Assembly (NCBI GenBank): GCA_008632985.1
Contig: QPGO01000008.1
Location: 1 to 64,000 of the forward strand
Origin: Psammoneis japonica
Lineage: Eukaryota
DNA length: 64,000 nt
Direction of reading: 5' to 3'
Part shown: one piece after another, positions 20,463 to 32,548 of the stretch
Layout: the number at the start of each line of letters is the position of its first letter
Position numbering within the stretch: the first letter of the stretch is position 1
Program-made: the position numbers and the translations under genes
The notes under the pieces: generated by a model
Told to the model about the DNA's origin: nothing
Seen by the model: only the letters and a program-made list of their open reading frames with translations
The model's database searches: none

Positions 20463-23400
20463 ATGGCGCTTCAATTTGACCGCCCCATTGGTGCGGCTGC
20501 TGACGTGAAAGAGCTGGAATACATCTCTGCCTTACACCAAACAGATGCAGAGGAAATGCGCAAGGATGGTTCGATCAAAGGTGATTACAAACGAAAAGCA
20601 ACGGAACTTTGCGGCTTTTTAGATGGTCATACTCACTTTCGCCTTACTCTTTTGTCTGTGCTTGTACAGATATTGATATAGTGCGCTTTTTGTCGTCAAG
20701 ATATGGGATATCTGTTACAGAAGAACAAGTTCAAACAACGATTCTTCGTGGATTGGGAGGCGGTGATGAAGACTGCATAGACTTAATGGAAATGGTTGCT
20801 GTTCTCTTTATACCCACACTGTTGAAAGCCACAGCTCAGCATGATTTGTTGAAATCGGTCGCCAAGGACGACTTGTACATCCACCCGAGGATCTGTTGCA
20901 ACAAGTCGTAAACATGATACTCCATGACATAACAGGTGACGCAGAACCAAAGCTATTGACGGAAGACTTGCTCAAACTAATTTTCACCATGTACGATGAA
21001 CGCGATTTGGCTGCCAACAAACCTTTGATAGAAGAAATGATACAAGCGGCGACGAATGGACAGAAAGATGCAACTTTTTGCGTTGAAACCTTTGTGAGAG
21101 GGCTTACACACGACGTGAAACTTTACAACTTCCATAATGAATCCAAAACGTCCACCAACTTTGACGACGTGTTTAACTCTGGGAGTGAAGGTGTCCCTTT
21201 GAAAGAGCACAAGTTGATTCATCGCGAAGATGTGACGGACGAGACTTCAGAATCGGAAGAGGTTGACGTTGAATTATCTAAAGCACCAGTGGAAAAAGAA
21301 GAGATCAATCGGTTGGTGACACTCTCTGCGATAGATTTTGTTGCTCAGACATACAAGAGTAAAGGATTGGTGATTTGTCTCTGGTCCACCTTTATTGTGA
21401 GCTATTTCACCTACTGTGAGTGATATCTTTTCGACATTGACCCTCCTTTCAACAAATGCTTCTCTTCTTACTCCGGCTCTTCCCGTCTCAACTCTCGATT
21501 GTTTATAGACTGGCAGTTTGGTTTCAACTACGAGAATTGCCCTTCATTCGAAGCCCGTACCAACTTGAGCATGAATGTGGATGCCTTTGCGTGCACCGTC
21601 ATTGCCAATGTCGTAGTATGGCTGCTTCGGTTTTTATCGCTTAGTGTCTATGGGTTGCTCTTTATGGGTATAGGAAGCCTGGGAAATGGCGTGAGAGCAA
21701 AGAAGCCTTCGGTTTCTTTGGTTGGAATGATTGCAATCGGATGCTTTACATATCTCCCACCACTCTTACTCCCAACTGATTTTGTGACAGGAGGTACTGG
21801 GTTTGGTGGTAGTTTTCTGCGAGTGACGTCAATGATATTGGGTACATTCACAATGATCATTCACCTTTTTCACTTTGTCGGACTTGCTCTGCCTCGGATT
21901 CGCGATTTGAAGTTTTTTCCGACGCCTAGCAACGTCCAGGCGGAAGCTCAACTAAAAAAGGCCACCGCCGAGAAGGTATCTGCAATGGCTGAGAATGCCT
22001 TGAATGTTGTCCAGAACTTTGACGACGAAAATGTCGTTGACTCCTTCTTTGGTCAAGCATTGATCAATTTCTCAAAAACGGAAGAGCATCATACCAGAGC
22101 CGGTGGATTCCCTTGGACGTACAAGAAATGTATTCAAAAGACCTTGCAGAAAAAGAGGGTATTAGTTTCTCGGGACGTTTTCTGGCTAGCAACTTTACTC
22201 AGTTCATTGTAAGGACTTCGTTTGCGGAGACTGGATCCTCTCTTCTGCTGTGCGACAAACTTACTAACTCTTTCTTTTCACTTCGCTTTCTTAGGTAGCT
22301 AGTGTCATCTTAATCTTTGGCGTTCTGATCACAAGACGGATCAATCAAGAGTATGACTACCAAACCTTGGTTGAAAGTGGAAATTCAACACTCTTTTTCT
22401 CGCTTTTTAACACATGGGTACGGCCTGAAGTTTCAGAGCAGTTTCTTGACGCCGTGGACCAGCGTGCCGCTGATCTCATTGCTTCTGCGATTTCGAACTC
22501 TGGTGGGACTACAAGCGCGTTGCCTTCTGATAACGTCACGTCACTTTTGGAGACCTTCAATCTGACAGCAGATGCGGCGTTTGGTCGGGACCAGCTTGAT
22601 GAGGAACTTGCCGAGGTGATAGCAAACGCGACCGCAGAATCACTCAACAGCCTCTATCCAGAAGAAACATACATGTGAGTGCCTTTCTCGTTTCTGTTGA
22701 GCTTGTAGATTATCGTTCTCAACCTGTTAGCTCGACCTTCCCCTTTCCCCTTTTCGTCCAGGTTGACGATACCATTCCTCGTTGCGACGATCATAGCCTT
22801 CATCACGGCCGTAGCTACCGCGGTTGTCTATATTCCATCGGTAGCCTCAACAATAGTCAAATTGCGAAGCGGCGTTATTCCATCTCTAAGGGACGAAAGG
22901 TTTCTTCGACACAGGTTCAAGGTACAGCAAATCACGGTCCTGTCCGGTTCTATGTTTTGGGGGGTTCTTTTCAGTTCCCTCCTCTTTGGTGGTCTGGCGG
23001 GAGTTCTCCTCTTTTTGTGCCTCTGGCAGGTAAGTTGCTGCTGATCAAAGCCTCCTTCATTTCTTGTGACATGCTAACATTGCTGAATGTCGCTAAATCG
23101 CTAATTCACGTCGTTGCGACCTCAGGTTACACGGCACCTTGCCCTGGCATTCGTCGCGATTGTAGCAGGTGAGCCTACCCCGTTGCATATTGAACATTCC
23201 TGCTTTATAGCTGGCGTTTTTTGAGCCTGCCGTTTAATCCCTGCAACGTTATACTCTCTCAGGTATCGCGGTTACGATAACCTTGCGACAAATATTCCTA
23301 TTCCTTTATCGAAGGAATTACTGGAGGGGATTCTATCGCACTCGTCCTGCCCCTTCCAATATTGCCATTGTGGTCACAGAATGCACAAACTTGGCACTGA

Positions 23401-24317
23401 CGGTTGCTTTCGTATTTGTTCGCATGTTGAGGTTGATTGGAGTCGCAGCCCTCTATGTCGGGCGTCTTGACACAAACTTCCTCGCACCGGGTGTTGGCAA
23501 GATTGGCAGCTTGGAGCTGGATGCTTATCCGTCTCTCTTTTTGACTGACGTGATTGTTCAAGAGGCCCACAGGCATCCATACATTGAACTGCTAGGCACA
23601 ATGTACTTGATGAAGCTACGCCATGGCGAGAACTTCGGAAACAGAGCAGGCTCTTGTTGGAGACTACTTTTTGTCACTGCGCTGTTCCCCTGGCTCCAGC
23701 GTTACCGTATTCTTCTGCAGACTGGTGATGACGTCGATGATGATCCCACCAACTTTGATTTGTACTCGAGGGCGGGTACTCATGATCGTGAAGACGACCT
23801 AGAATCACTCGCCGTTGTCAGGTTGAAAACGGATAGTGACGGCAACACGAAGCAAGAGACTGTATTCGTGCCGCCTCCGTCTCCATTGAGGTATCGCCAG
23901 ACCAGCCTCATTCCCCTCATGAGTTCCCGCAGTCTAAGAACTCGATCTTCACGAATGTCTAGCTTTGGGGGTCGACATTATGAGACCAAGCGAACAGCAC
24001 CGTCCAGCGATGAGAGATCATCTGATCGTGGTGGTGGTAGCGACTCTATCCTTTCCCCATATGTAGGACTCGGGCTAGATACCATCAATGAGAGTGAGGC
24101 TGAAACGAAATCGAAACATCGCAGGAGAGGATTACCGAAAATGACCGAGATGGACGATCATGATTGTCTCCCATCGCATCCGCAGGCTTCACACAAGGAA
24201 AGGACGCAGGGCGGCCAGGACTATAGCGACCTACACTTCAACAAGGCAGAAGATGCTGGATGTGAATCGTTGGCGCTTCCAGCGCTCCATAGATCTGGGA
24301 ATCGCCGAAAACCATGA
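20463..24317 (+). CDS. Multi-exon polytopic membrane protein with STRA6/RBP-receptor-like C-terminal region
   Basis: MALQFDRPIGAAADVKELEYISALHQT start, several GT-AG introns and hydrophobic helices. RLDTNFLAPGVG..ELDAYP..EAHRHPY resembles the STRA6 C-terminus. Apparent indels near 20880 and 22140. Confidence 0.7.
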
Positions 24318-24613
24318 GACATTGGACGTGACTTTTTTCGAGAGCAGACGCATTTGGGGTTGCTCGCTCTACTATTATACCGTAAATTTTTTGTAACAAT
24401 TTTTGTACACGACTATCTCACTCACCACGGGCTTGCAATCTCTTCACAATTCATCGTTCAAGAGCATCAAAACCCAAACTGCGCCTCTCTTTTGGGTGGG
24501 GCTGTTTAAAGTAGTAGAAAGCGAATCGCATGCACGGAGTAAAAGACAAAGCTGCGCAGTTCAACCCCTCTGATTGTCTCAGGTTTCATTTCAATCCGAC
24601 ACTTTTCTCTAGG

Positions 24614-26738
24614 TTATTTTGGAGTCTCTACAAATCTGGCTTTGGCCCTCTGAAGAACTTCCCCGTTAGCTTCCAGAGCAATATTCAAAACATCGGCTTG
24701 TTTTGATATTCGGATCGGCAACTCATCGTCAAGCGGAGGTGCCACCTCAATTGTCTTGTTTGTCGAGAAAAAGTAGTATTCGATTCCGCGTTCGTAATAA
24801 GCCTTGATCCTGATCACTCTCGAAACACCCATGTCTGCCGCTTGCTGAAGACTGGAATAGTCACCTTCTACGCGCTGTCGTCTGTATACACCCGGTGGCC
24901 CATACACTGGTTGGTTGAGAATTCTAGCGTCGCCTACACCACCATGCGTTAGCCCAACTTTAACCAACACGGGCGACGAAACGCTCACGTACTTGGTGAC
25001 CTTTGTAGTTTTTGATGCCACGTATATTTTCTTTGTTTTGTTCTTGTTCTTCTTTGAGAGAAATCTCAGTGAGTGAGACTTCTGAACGTACGCAGATGCA
25101 CCATACCCTTGGTAATCTTTTCTGCAGAATTCTAGCAAGGTTGGTTCGAAGACACGGCAGTACCTGGGTGTGCTATGTGTAAGCGCCAAATATGTGCAAC
25201 ACGTGTAACGGGAGTTCACAGCTCCTACTGGCTGACTCAATGCTCCCATGAAGGAAGTCCCACTTTTGTAGAACTGGTTGTTGGCACAACCGGGAACGCA
25301 CGACACAGATTCAAAACCTTGAGGCGAATTCTTCATGAGGTCTGACCATTCGGTGCACTCACTCGTAGCGGAGCAGTTTGGTTCTTCAGAAGTGCCATCT
25401 CCATAGCGATACTCATCGGTGAGTGCAAATAACGAGTGACCCAACTCATGTACTGCAACCATGTGACCTTGTGGGTGGATAGACATTGTGGCAAGATTGT
25501 CGGAGGTGTAACCGGCGCCTCCGTATATTTGACTGTTGTGTAGAACTAGTGTTTGTGTATTAGATGTATCCGGTAAACACTTGCTTGACAACGTCTTTGA
25601 AAGATCTTCATCGCAGCCTGTTGAATATTGTTTGTACAGTATGACAGAATCGTGAGAGATGCAGTAACCACACAGCGATATCCAGAGACAAAACATGAAG
25701 GAACTTACAGAGAAGCCGGTCGATATCATTGCATTTGAAGTAACAAAAAGACGAAGCAGGCTCCGATGGGCTGACGAAGAACACGCTCAGTTCATCCACT
25801 GAGGGAGAGAGCATTTTATATTTTGACAAATATCTGTAGGTTGTTTTAGCTTGAACGTGCCATTGTCGTCTGGTAGTGGAGTTGAAGGCCGATCCTACCA
25901 GAACAAGGTTCACAGTCTCATTATTAAAGGGCTTTCCATACGCATGTTTGAGTGGATAGCACTCCGACGAAGCCATACATACTCCATTTCGACAGGTATT
26001 TGATTTACAGTGTTGATGCAACTTGCATTTTCCCCCGGTTTCGGTCTGTTCAAATGGCGACCTACTTGGCTTTTGCGTTGGGTGCTTAGTTGGCTGGGTA
26101 GTTGGCTGGGTGGTTGGATGGGTAGTTGGTTGTGTCGTTGGTCGTGTCGTTGGATGTTTCGTTGGTTCTTTTGTAGGAAGCGACGTGGGTCGAGGTCTCG
26201 GTGTTGGTCTTGGCTTTGGTGTTGTGTCAGAAATTTTGTTCTTGTCGGGTATTGAATTTTCGCACCCATTCATTGTATCGCATTTGAATGTTTCGCATTT
26301 AGCATCGCGCCTGCTATCACCTTGCTTGATACAGCCAAGGCTCGAACATCTTACACAGCGTTGACAATCCGCCTTTTCGCTGTTGGAACTGTATATTTTG
26401 CAGTCTTGTTCTGTCACTTGTAATGCTGTTTGTGTGCCTGCAGGAAGTTGGCGCTTCTTCTTTGCGATTTGAGCAGTGCAACCATTCATAGTACTGCAAC
26501 GCAGGCTATCACATTTTCTTTCAACGTCGATACCACTTTGTCTTATGCATCCCCATTTATAGCAATTCACACATCGAGTGCAATAAGATCTCTTTTCCTT
26601 ACTATCATGGAGTCGACAGTTTTTCTTCATACTTCCGTACGGTTGCAGATCTGTCGATATAAGTGCCGCATTGACAGTGCTCGCAATGCAAAGAAAAGAA
26701 GCGGAAAATAATAGCCTCCATATGACAGGAGACGCCAT
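24614..26738 (-). CDS. Secreted zinc metallopeptidase, M64 (IgA peptidase)-like, with N-terminal Cys-rich repeats and PT-rich linker; one intron ~25618-25707
   Basis: Signal peptide, NLVLVGSAF, YGGAG, HELGHSLFALTDEY. GTAAGT...CAG joins the two ORFs in frame. Confidence 0.8.
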
Positions 26739-27213
26739 GCTTTTCTCTATTTTGTTGTTTTTGTGACGGTCTCAAAACTCTACTCTAGCTAGAGGACGAG
26801 GCGGTTGTTTCTTCCCGATTTCATTAGGTGATTGTTTGTGACCAGAAAATGGCAAAGTCATTTTCGAATGACCATTCCACATAAGCCCTCTAATTACGGT
26901 AATGAATTCGGTTTCAAATATATGTGTGCCTGAAGAATAAAATGTAATCACGATTACGACATTTTACAATGAACATTTATGTACGAAATGACCGATTAGT
27001 TTTTGACGGGCGACCTACGTACGCTCTCATTTTTCGGCCTCGTGCGTCTGTCTGTCCCTACTGTACGGCATCACGCGCACCACTCAATCGCGTAGTGCGT
27101 TTTCCGTTGTCATGTTGATGTTGTGTTGATGTTTTGTTCTCTTCTCACTTCTCAGTTGTTTATGTTGTCATCAGTGAACTGTCGTTGCTTTCAACGTCAC
27201 CATCGCAAGAACC

Positions 27214-28864
27214 ATGATGCGGACTGCTGCTATATTCTTATGTGCTATGACCCTTTCCATAAACTACTTGGTATCAAATGCGTTTCTACCCGCAACATAC
27301 CGTTCTCGAAGCAATGCAATAATTCTCAAGCCACTTCTTACGCCACACGCTACAACGAGACCGAGAATAGGGCCCTGTACATGGCGACAAAAGAAGAGCA
27401 AGATGTGATTGCAGCAGATGACGCCAGTACAATTCCTCAACTGTTAGCTGCTCTGTGGCATATCATTGCACAGGCCTCTTCAATGGTAAAGGGGGTGAGT
27501 GATGTGTGATGTGAGCGTCGACGTGTATGTGTTTATCTCGCCTCGTCGCTTACCCTCTACTACTTCTATCTCTCACATTTTAAAACTTAGGAATCTAAAA
27601 CGGTCACGTTTCCTCACATGCAAAAGAAGTTTACGTCTTCTTTTCTCACTCGATTGATGGGCCACTTTGATGCTTGCAAGGATGTTTGCGACATTTTTGG
27701 GAGCAAGACGGTGCTTTTGCCGTTCAAGAACAAACAGGGTAAAGTTGTAGGGTTCACCGTCAAGTCGTATAGAAACCCCAACGACAAGGAAGACGAGTAC
27801 GAATTTGCGTATGATCCAATGTGGGACGACGGAATAGATTTTGATTATACGGGAATCGATGATGAGTATGACGATTTTGTTTCCAATGAACTGGACAATA
27901 ACCTTCCGGAAATTGAAAACAAAATACCGACCAGCGATGACGAGATTATCGATATATCAAAACAGTGGGTTAACACAATCATGTCAGATATGGGAATTTG
28001 TCCCTTCACGTCGGGTCCAGACAAGGCTGGCATGCCAATGGGCAAAGTGTTTTACTGTGTTGACCGTGCATCCACAGTGGAAGCGATTTATGAAAGATAT
28101 TGGAGAGAGGTAGTCCGCGTCGAGCAAGCAAATGAAAAAGAATTATCCACGACGCTCTTGATTGTTCCGGAGTTCTGTTTTGACAATGTCGAGTTCTTTG
28201 AGAACTTCTCGAGCACCTTGACACAGCCATTGGAGACGTTGCATGTTGAAGATTTGCTTCAGTTGGTATTTTTTCATCCGCAGTGGGTTTTTCGCGATGG
28301 ATCAGCGCGGAGTGGAGTCGGTGCTGCAGCCAACTATGCCCGACGATCCCGTGGCCCATGATTAATATCCTTCGCACAAAACAAGTGCGAACTGCGCAAA
28401 AGGGAATTCCTACAGGGCTTGTTTACAAACAGAATGAAAAGACGCTCAATCAAGTTGGCACGGAGAAGCTCGAAACCATGTTGCGATTACGTAATTGGGA
28501 TGATGTCGACCTCAAGGTTAATCGTAGAGAGATGGAAGCACTCCGAATCGCCATGGATCTCAAGGAGACGGGGGAGGTTGCAGCCGAAGACCGTTCCGTC
28601 ATTCACGATGTCACCCCTGCAGCCAACAAGATTGCAGACGAACAAGTCGAGGGAAGCAATATGGTGGATGTGATTCTACAAGCCTTGGACAAACGTTTGG
28701 GGAAAGCACCAGATTCTGATACTAATGAAGCTTTGAACGGAGAAGAAACCTCTGCAGCGATTATGGCTAGTGATTTTTTGCTCAAGGTATTGGACGATGT
28801 AGCACAAGACGAGCATGTCCACGCGTCTCCGACGGAGGAAGCAACAACTGAAACCGCCAGCTGA
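27214..28864 (+). CDS. Plastid-targeted DUF1415-domain protein (intron ~27495-27590; apparent indels ~27365 and ~28350)
   Basis: Signal peptide ending SNA-FLP (ASAFAP-like). WV..I....ICPF, TTLLIVP, QLVFFHP and ANYARRSPWPMINILR motifs. Confidence 0.75.
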
Positions 28865-29076
28865 GCCGTACTCGCATGGTGCTATTGCGGCTGAAAAGTG
28901 ATGACAAACCCTCTTTAGACGTACGGAGCTTTTTCTCTAGGAGAGAGTGGAGCACAAGTAATGTCGCCGGTGGGACTTCACGAAATGACGAGGTGGGACT
29001 ACGACTGCACTGTTTGGCTCTACCTTTTTGTTTAACCAGTATTTTACAATCGACTTATAACTTTGTTCTTCTTTTC

Positions 29077-30168
29077 TCACATTAGCTCAAAGTATTTCTT
29101 CTTGCTACTCAACCAAGCGTTCTGGCGTCGATGTTTCTTTTTGGAAGGCCTGTGCGGCACCAAAGGTTTCTCCTCTTCTTCATTCGTACGCTCGTCGTCT
29201 TGAACATTATACGGCGTGGCGTACACAAACGGCATCAAACTCCCGGATGATGTTGCGTCATCTACACAGCTAGTGGATTTTCTTGAACGAAGTCGTGTCG
29301 TCAGCGTCAAAGGCGCAAAACTATGATTCTCCTTTTCACGTGCCGAATCACGTCTGTGTACCCTCTGGCTGACCGAAGCCATTGTGGATTCAAGTTTATC
29401 CGCTTTGGCGTCCGACTGCACGGCAATTGATTGCGCCTTATTGACATGCTTTGCGTCCGCAGAATACATTATTTGAAGCATGTCGCTTTCTGTTTCGATG
29501 GAACTGTGGTTTTCGTTTTCTTCGACTTGAACCGGCTTCTGAGCCTTGACAAAACTTTCGGTGACGACGAGCTTTCGATTTTCCATCTCTCGCTTTTCCA
29601 GATTCTTCAGGGATTTGTGTGTCAATGTCCAGTGCTCTTTATAAAATGTTGTGTAATCTTTGGTGCTTGCAGCAGAAGGAAGCCAATAGGAGATGGGCTT
29701 ACTAAGTAGTGCTATCAGCTCGGGGGACACTTCATTGCAGCACTTCTTGGTGTATTCGAGAGGATACAGATTTGTTCCTTGAATATTCGAGAGCAAAGCA
29801 AGCGGGCATGCTCTTATGATAGCTTCAATTACGTCCAAACAACAATTTGACCTTATGGCCATTGCGAGGGCACTACAGCCGTGCTCGGGTATCGTTGCCG
29901 AACTGGGGTTGACATCAAGCATGAAGCGAATTATGTGAAGTGGAGCGCGATGGGACAGTGCAAGCAATAGTACTTTGCTTGTCATTAGGCTTGGCTTTTC
30001 GTATAGGACTTTGGCGGCCCTTTTCCATTGCTCTTCGGCGTATCTCTTCATCACGGATGCTTCTGTCGTTGGGCTGTCATCATGGTTCCCGCTTGTTGAC
30101 AATCCTACCCACCTGGTTTGAGAGGTTCGGTGAGCCACCTCGCTGCGGCAATCGTACTCAGTGATCAT
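29077..30168 (-). CDS. Hypothetical protein with degenerate ankyrin-like N-terminal helices
   Basis: 363-aa ORF with normal composition; LLLAL...APL.II.FML / ALAMAI...LDVIEAII.A.P.AL pattern. Confidence 0.65.
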   Translation of the reverse strand: MITEYDCRSEVAHRTSQTRWVGLSTSGNHDDSPTTEASVMKRYAEEQWKRAAKVLYEKPSLMTSKVLLLALSHRAPLHIIRFMLDVNPSSATIPEHGCSALAMAIRSNCCLDVIEAIIRACPLALLSNIQGTNLYPLEYTKKCCNEVSPELIALLSKPISYWLPSAASTKDYTTFYKEHWTLTHKSLKNLEKREMENRKLVVTESFVKAQKPVQVEENENHSSIETESDMLQIMYSADAKHVNKAQSIAVQSDAKADKLESTMASVSQRVHRRDSAREKENHSFAPLTLTTRLRSRKSTSCVDDATSSGSLMPFVYATPYNVQDDERTNEEEEKPLVPHRPSKKKHRRQNAWLSSKKKYFELM

Positions 30169-30741
30169 AGCTTGTTTGTTTGTGAGAGACGCATGAATTC
30201 AAGAGTACCATACGAACTCAGAGTGGTGTATGAAACCACAAAAATCTGGCGCGACTAGAGTTGGAGTTGAGTTTCGGTTTGGACAATCAAAACTGGAAAT
30301 TGTGAGCGCGAGCAAGTCATGTGCAAACACATATGATAAAATATGGGGCGATCGAGAGAGTACCGGTAGATACCCGTGTATGCTGATAGAGCGCTAGTAG
30401 AGAGTAGCTAGCTAGTAGAGAGGGCCCTACCGTACACCGTACATGGTGAAGTTTGAAAGTCTGCAAAGATTTTGCTTCAAAACATATTTAATTAAATAGT
30501 GATGTCAATGGACGATAATGAAAAGCGACAACCCTGAGATGAATCAATCGGTGAAAACCTAGACAGAAACGTGGTTGCCAAACACAGCACCGTACAGTCG
30601 ACGTCAAGATGATACAACTTGTGTCCAAGCATTTATAGTAGAATCCACATGGTACAGTTTCCTGCGGCTTCTTCGTCGACCGGATCTTTCGCTGCCCACG
30701 TCTCACAGAACTGAACCTTTTAAAAATTTCTAGTCGTTTTG

Positions 30742-31526
30742 TCAGTTGTCACATAGCACCATTTTGCTTATCGCGCACCCTCTCCTTATACATTTTCTCT
30801 CAAGTGTCGGCTCCTGAAACTCCTCGTCTTTTACGATGCACTGCAGCCTTCGGCATTTGTTACAGTACTTACACAAAGATCGTTCCGTGGACTTCTTGGG
30901 ATATTTGAGACAAGCCTTTCTAATCTTTTTAGGCTTGCGGTACGGTTTATACTTTTCGCATTTTGATTTTTCCAAGTTCCCCTCCGTGCATTGCAACCGC
31001 CTACATCTTCGAGTCGCCGATGGGGCGCTGATGCACCCTGCTTCGCGGCACATTCGACAACGTCGGCATAACTTACGTTCCGGGATACTGTCGTAATCTT
31101 TACATAATCTCGACTCTTCCATCAGAAACTCTATATTATTTGGAGCAAAGAATCCAGTCGAAAAAGACAGAGCATTCCCTCTCCTTTCCTCGTTTCCGAA
31201 CGGCTCAACATCACTCTCTCTTGGCGTCTGTGATGTTCTTTGGGCTCTTCTTGTTTCGTTGTTGCGAAGGTAATTGCGCTGGCTCTGTAATGAATAATGT
31301 GCATCTCCTGTGACCATGTGAAACAGATTTTGCATTTGTGGAGAACAACGTGAGGACATGCAAACAGGGACTCGATTCGGTAGCATTACAGGCTGCATCA
31401 TTGGGCCCGTTTATTGACAGCAGCCAAGAGCTTGCGTCACGCACCTTGCTCATTCGGCCACGATCCCACCGTCGTGAAAACCCAGCCAAGGAAAAGAACA
31501 AGTGTCAGATTCAAAACTCGAAACAT
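30742..31526 (-). CDS. Small secreted Cys-rich basic protein (intron 31308-31444)
   Basis: Exon 1 MFRVLNLTLVLFLGWVFTTVGSWPNEQ, then GTGCGT...CAG spliced in frame to GDAHYSLQ. Two CxxCxxCxxxxCI repeats. Confidence 0.7.
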
Positions 31527-31899
31527 TCGGTGCAAAATACAATGGAAGGCAGCGTTGAATATTGGGCGAAGAAGCTGCAGTGCTTTCGTGATGGCAAAAG
31601 TACTGTAATGGGCTATGCTGGAGCGACCTCGGGCGATTGGCGATACAAAAAATGTGACATGCTGGAATTTTAAGCACATTGGTCACTGAGAAACATGTCT
31701 GAAAGGCATCACCACTAAATGTTTCAGGAACCAAAAACCCAATGTGACTTTGTTATCTGATTTCAGTGGTCACAGGTCATTAATTCGAGTCGTCAAACGA
31801 CAACAGTCTTTTCGACGCAATGACTTTCCATCGGTCAAATGAATCACGTTCCCCCACTGGCTCAGCAGCATCAGAGCAAAAAGTGAAGCACGGGGCGGG

Positions 31900-32548
31900 G
31901 GTCAAAACTGCTGGGCAGTGCATTGCCTGTGTCAGACTCATGTTGGTGTGCAAGCCACAGCCACAGCAGCAGCTTTCGTAACATTTCCAGTGCTGCGCAG
32001 TTCTCCAACAGGAAGACTTTCCATGACACCGTGGTTTTTGGGTGGGCAAAGCAACGCTCACAATTTTTCACTGCGCCAAAAGAAACAATGGCAAGCGGAG
32101 CATTGACAGTGCTTCAGGTTTGTTGCTCCACTGCAACCACTGTCCTCAAACAAACAGCGTTGTGCTGTGCTTCTGGTCTGCAGCACTGAGCTCTGACTGC
32201 CCTTGTTTTGTTGAGCCCATTGTTTTGCTTTTTGTCATCCATGATTTTAAAACATTTTTTCCTGTGGTGTTGATGACAAGCCAGAGTCTGCAACAACTCA
32301 GCCAGCAAGATTCTTGTGAGAAAAGCTCAGCCATCTTTCTGCTGCCTGAGAGCACCACACTTCAGCTGCTGCCCAACAATTTGGGCTCTTGCGCAACCCA
32401 ATTTTGCCAGAAAGCAGCACTCAAAATGTGGCCATGTGTTGTCAAAGCATTGGCTCATCAACCAGGCAGGGGCACATCTCTTTGTGCACTGTTGCAGCAG
32501 TGCCAGGTGCCACATGTTGGGCACCAAATGCTGTGGCTCTTAAGTTGA
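31900..32548 (+). pseudogene. Eroded host-like gene remnant resembling the C-terminus of diatom LRR/RNI-like proteins
   Basis: LLPNNLGS...KMWPCVVKAL...TSLCALLQQ resembles L..N..G....LWP.VL....S.LY.LL after Tyr->Cys correction. Confidence 0.35.
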
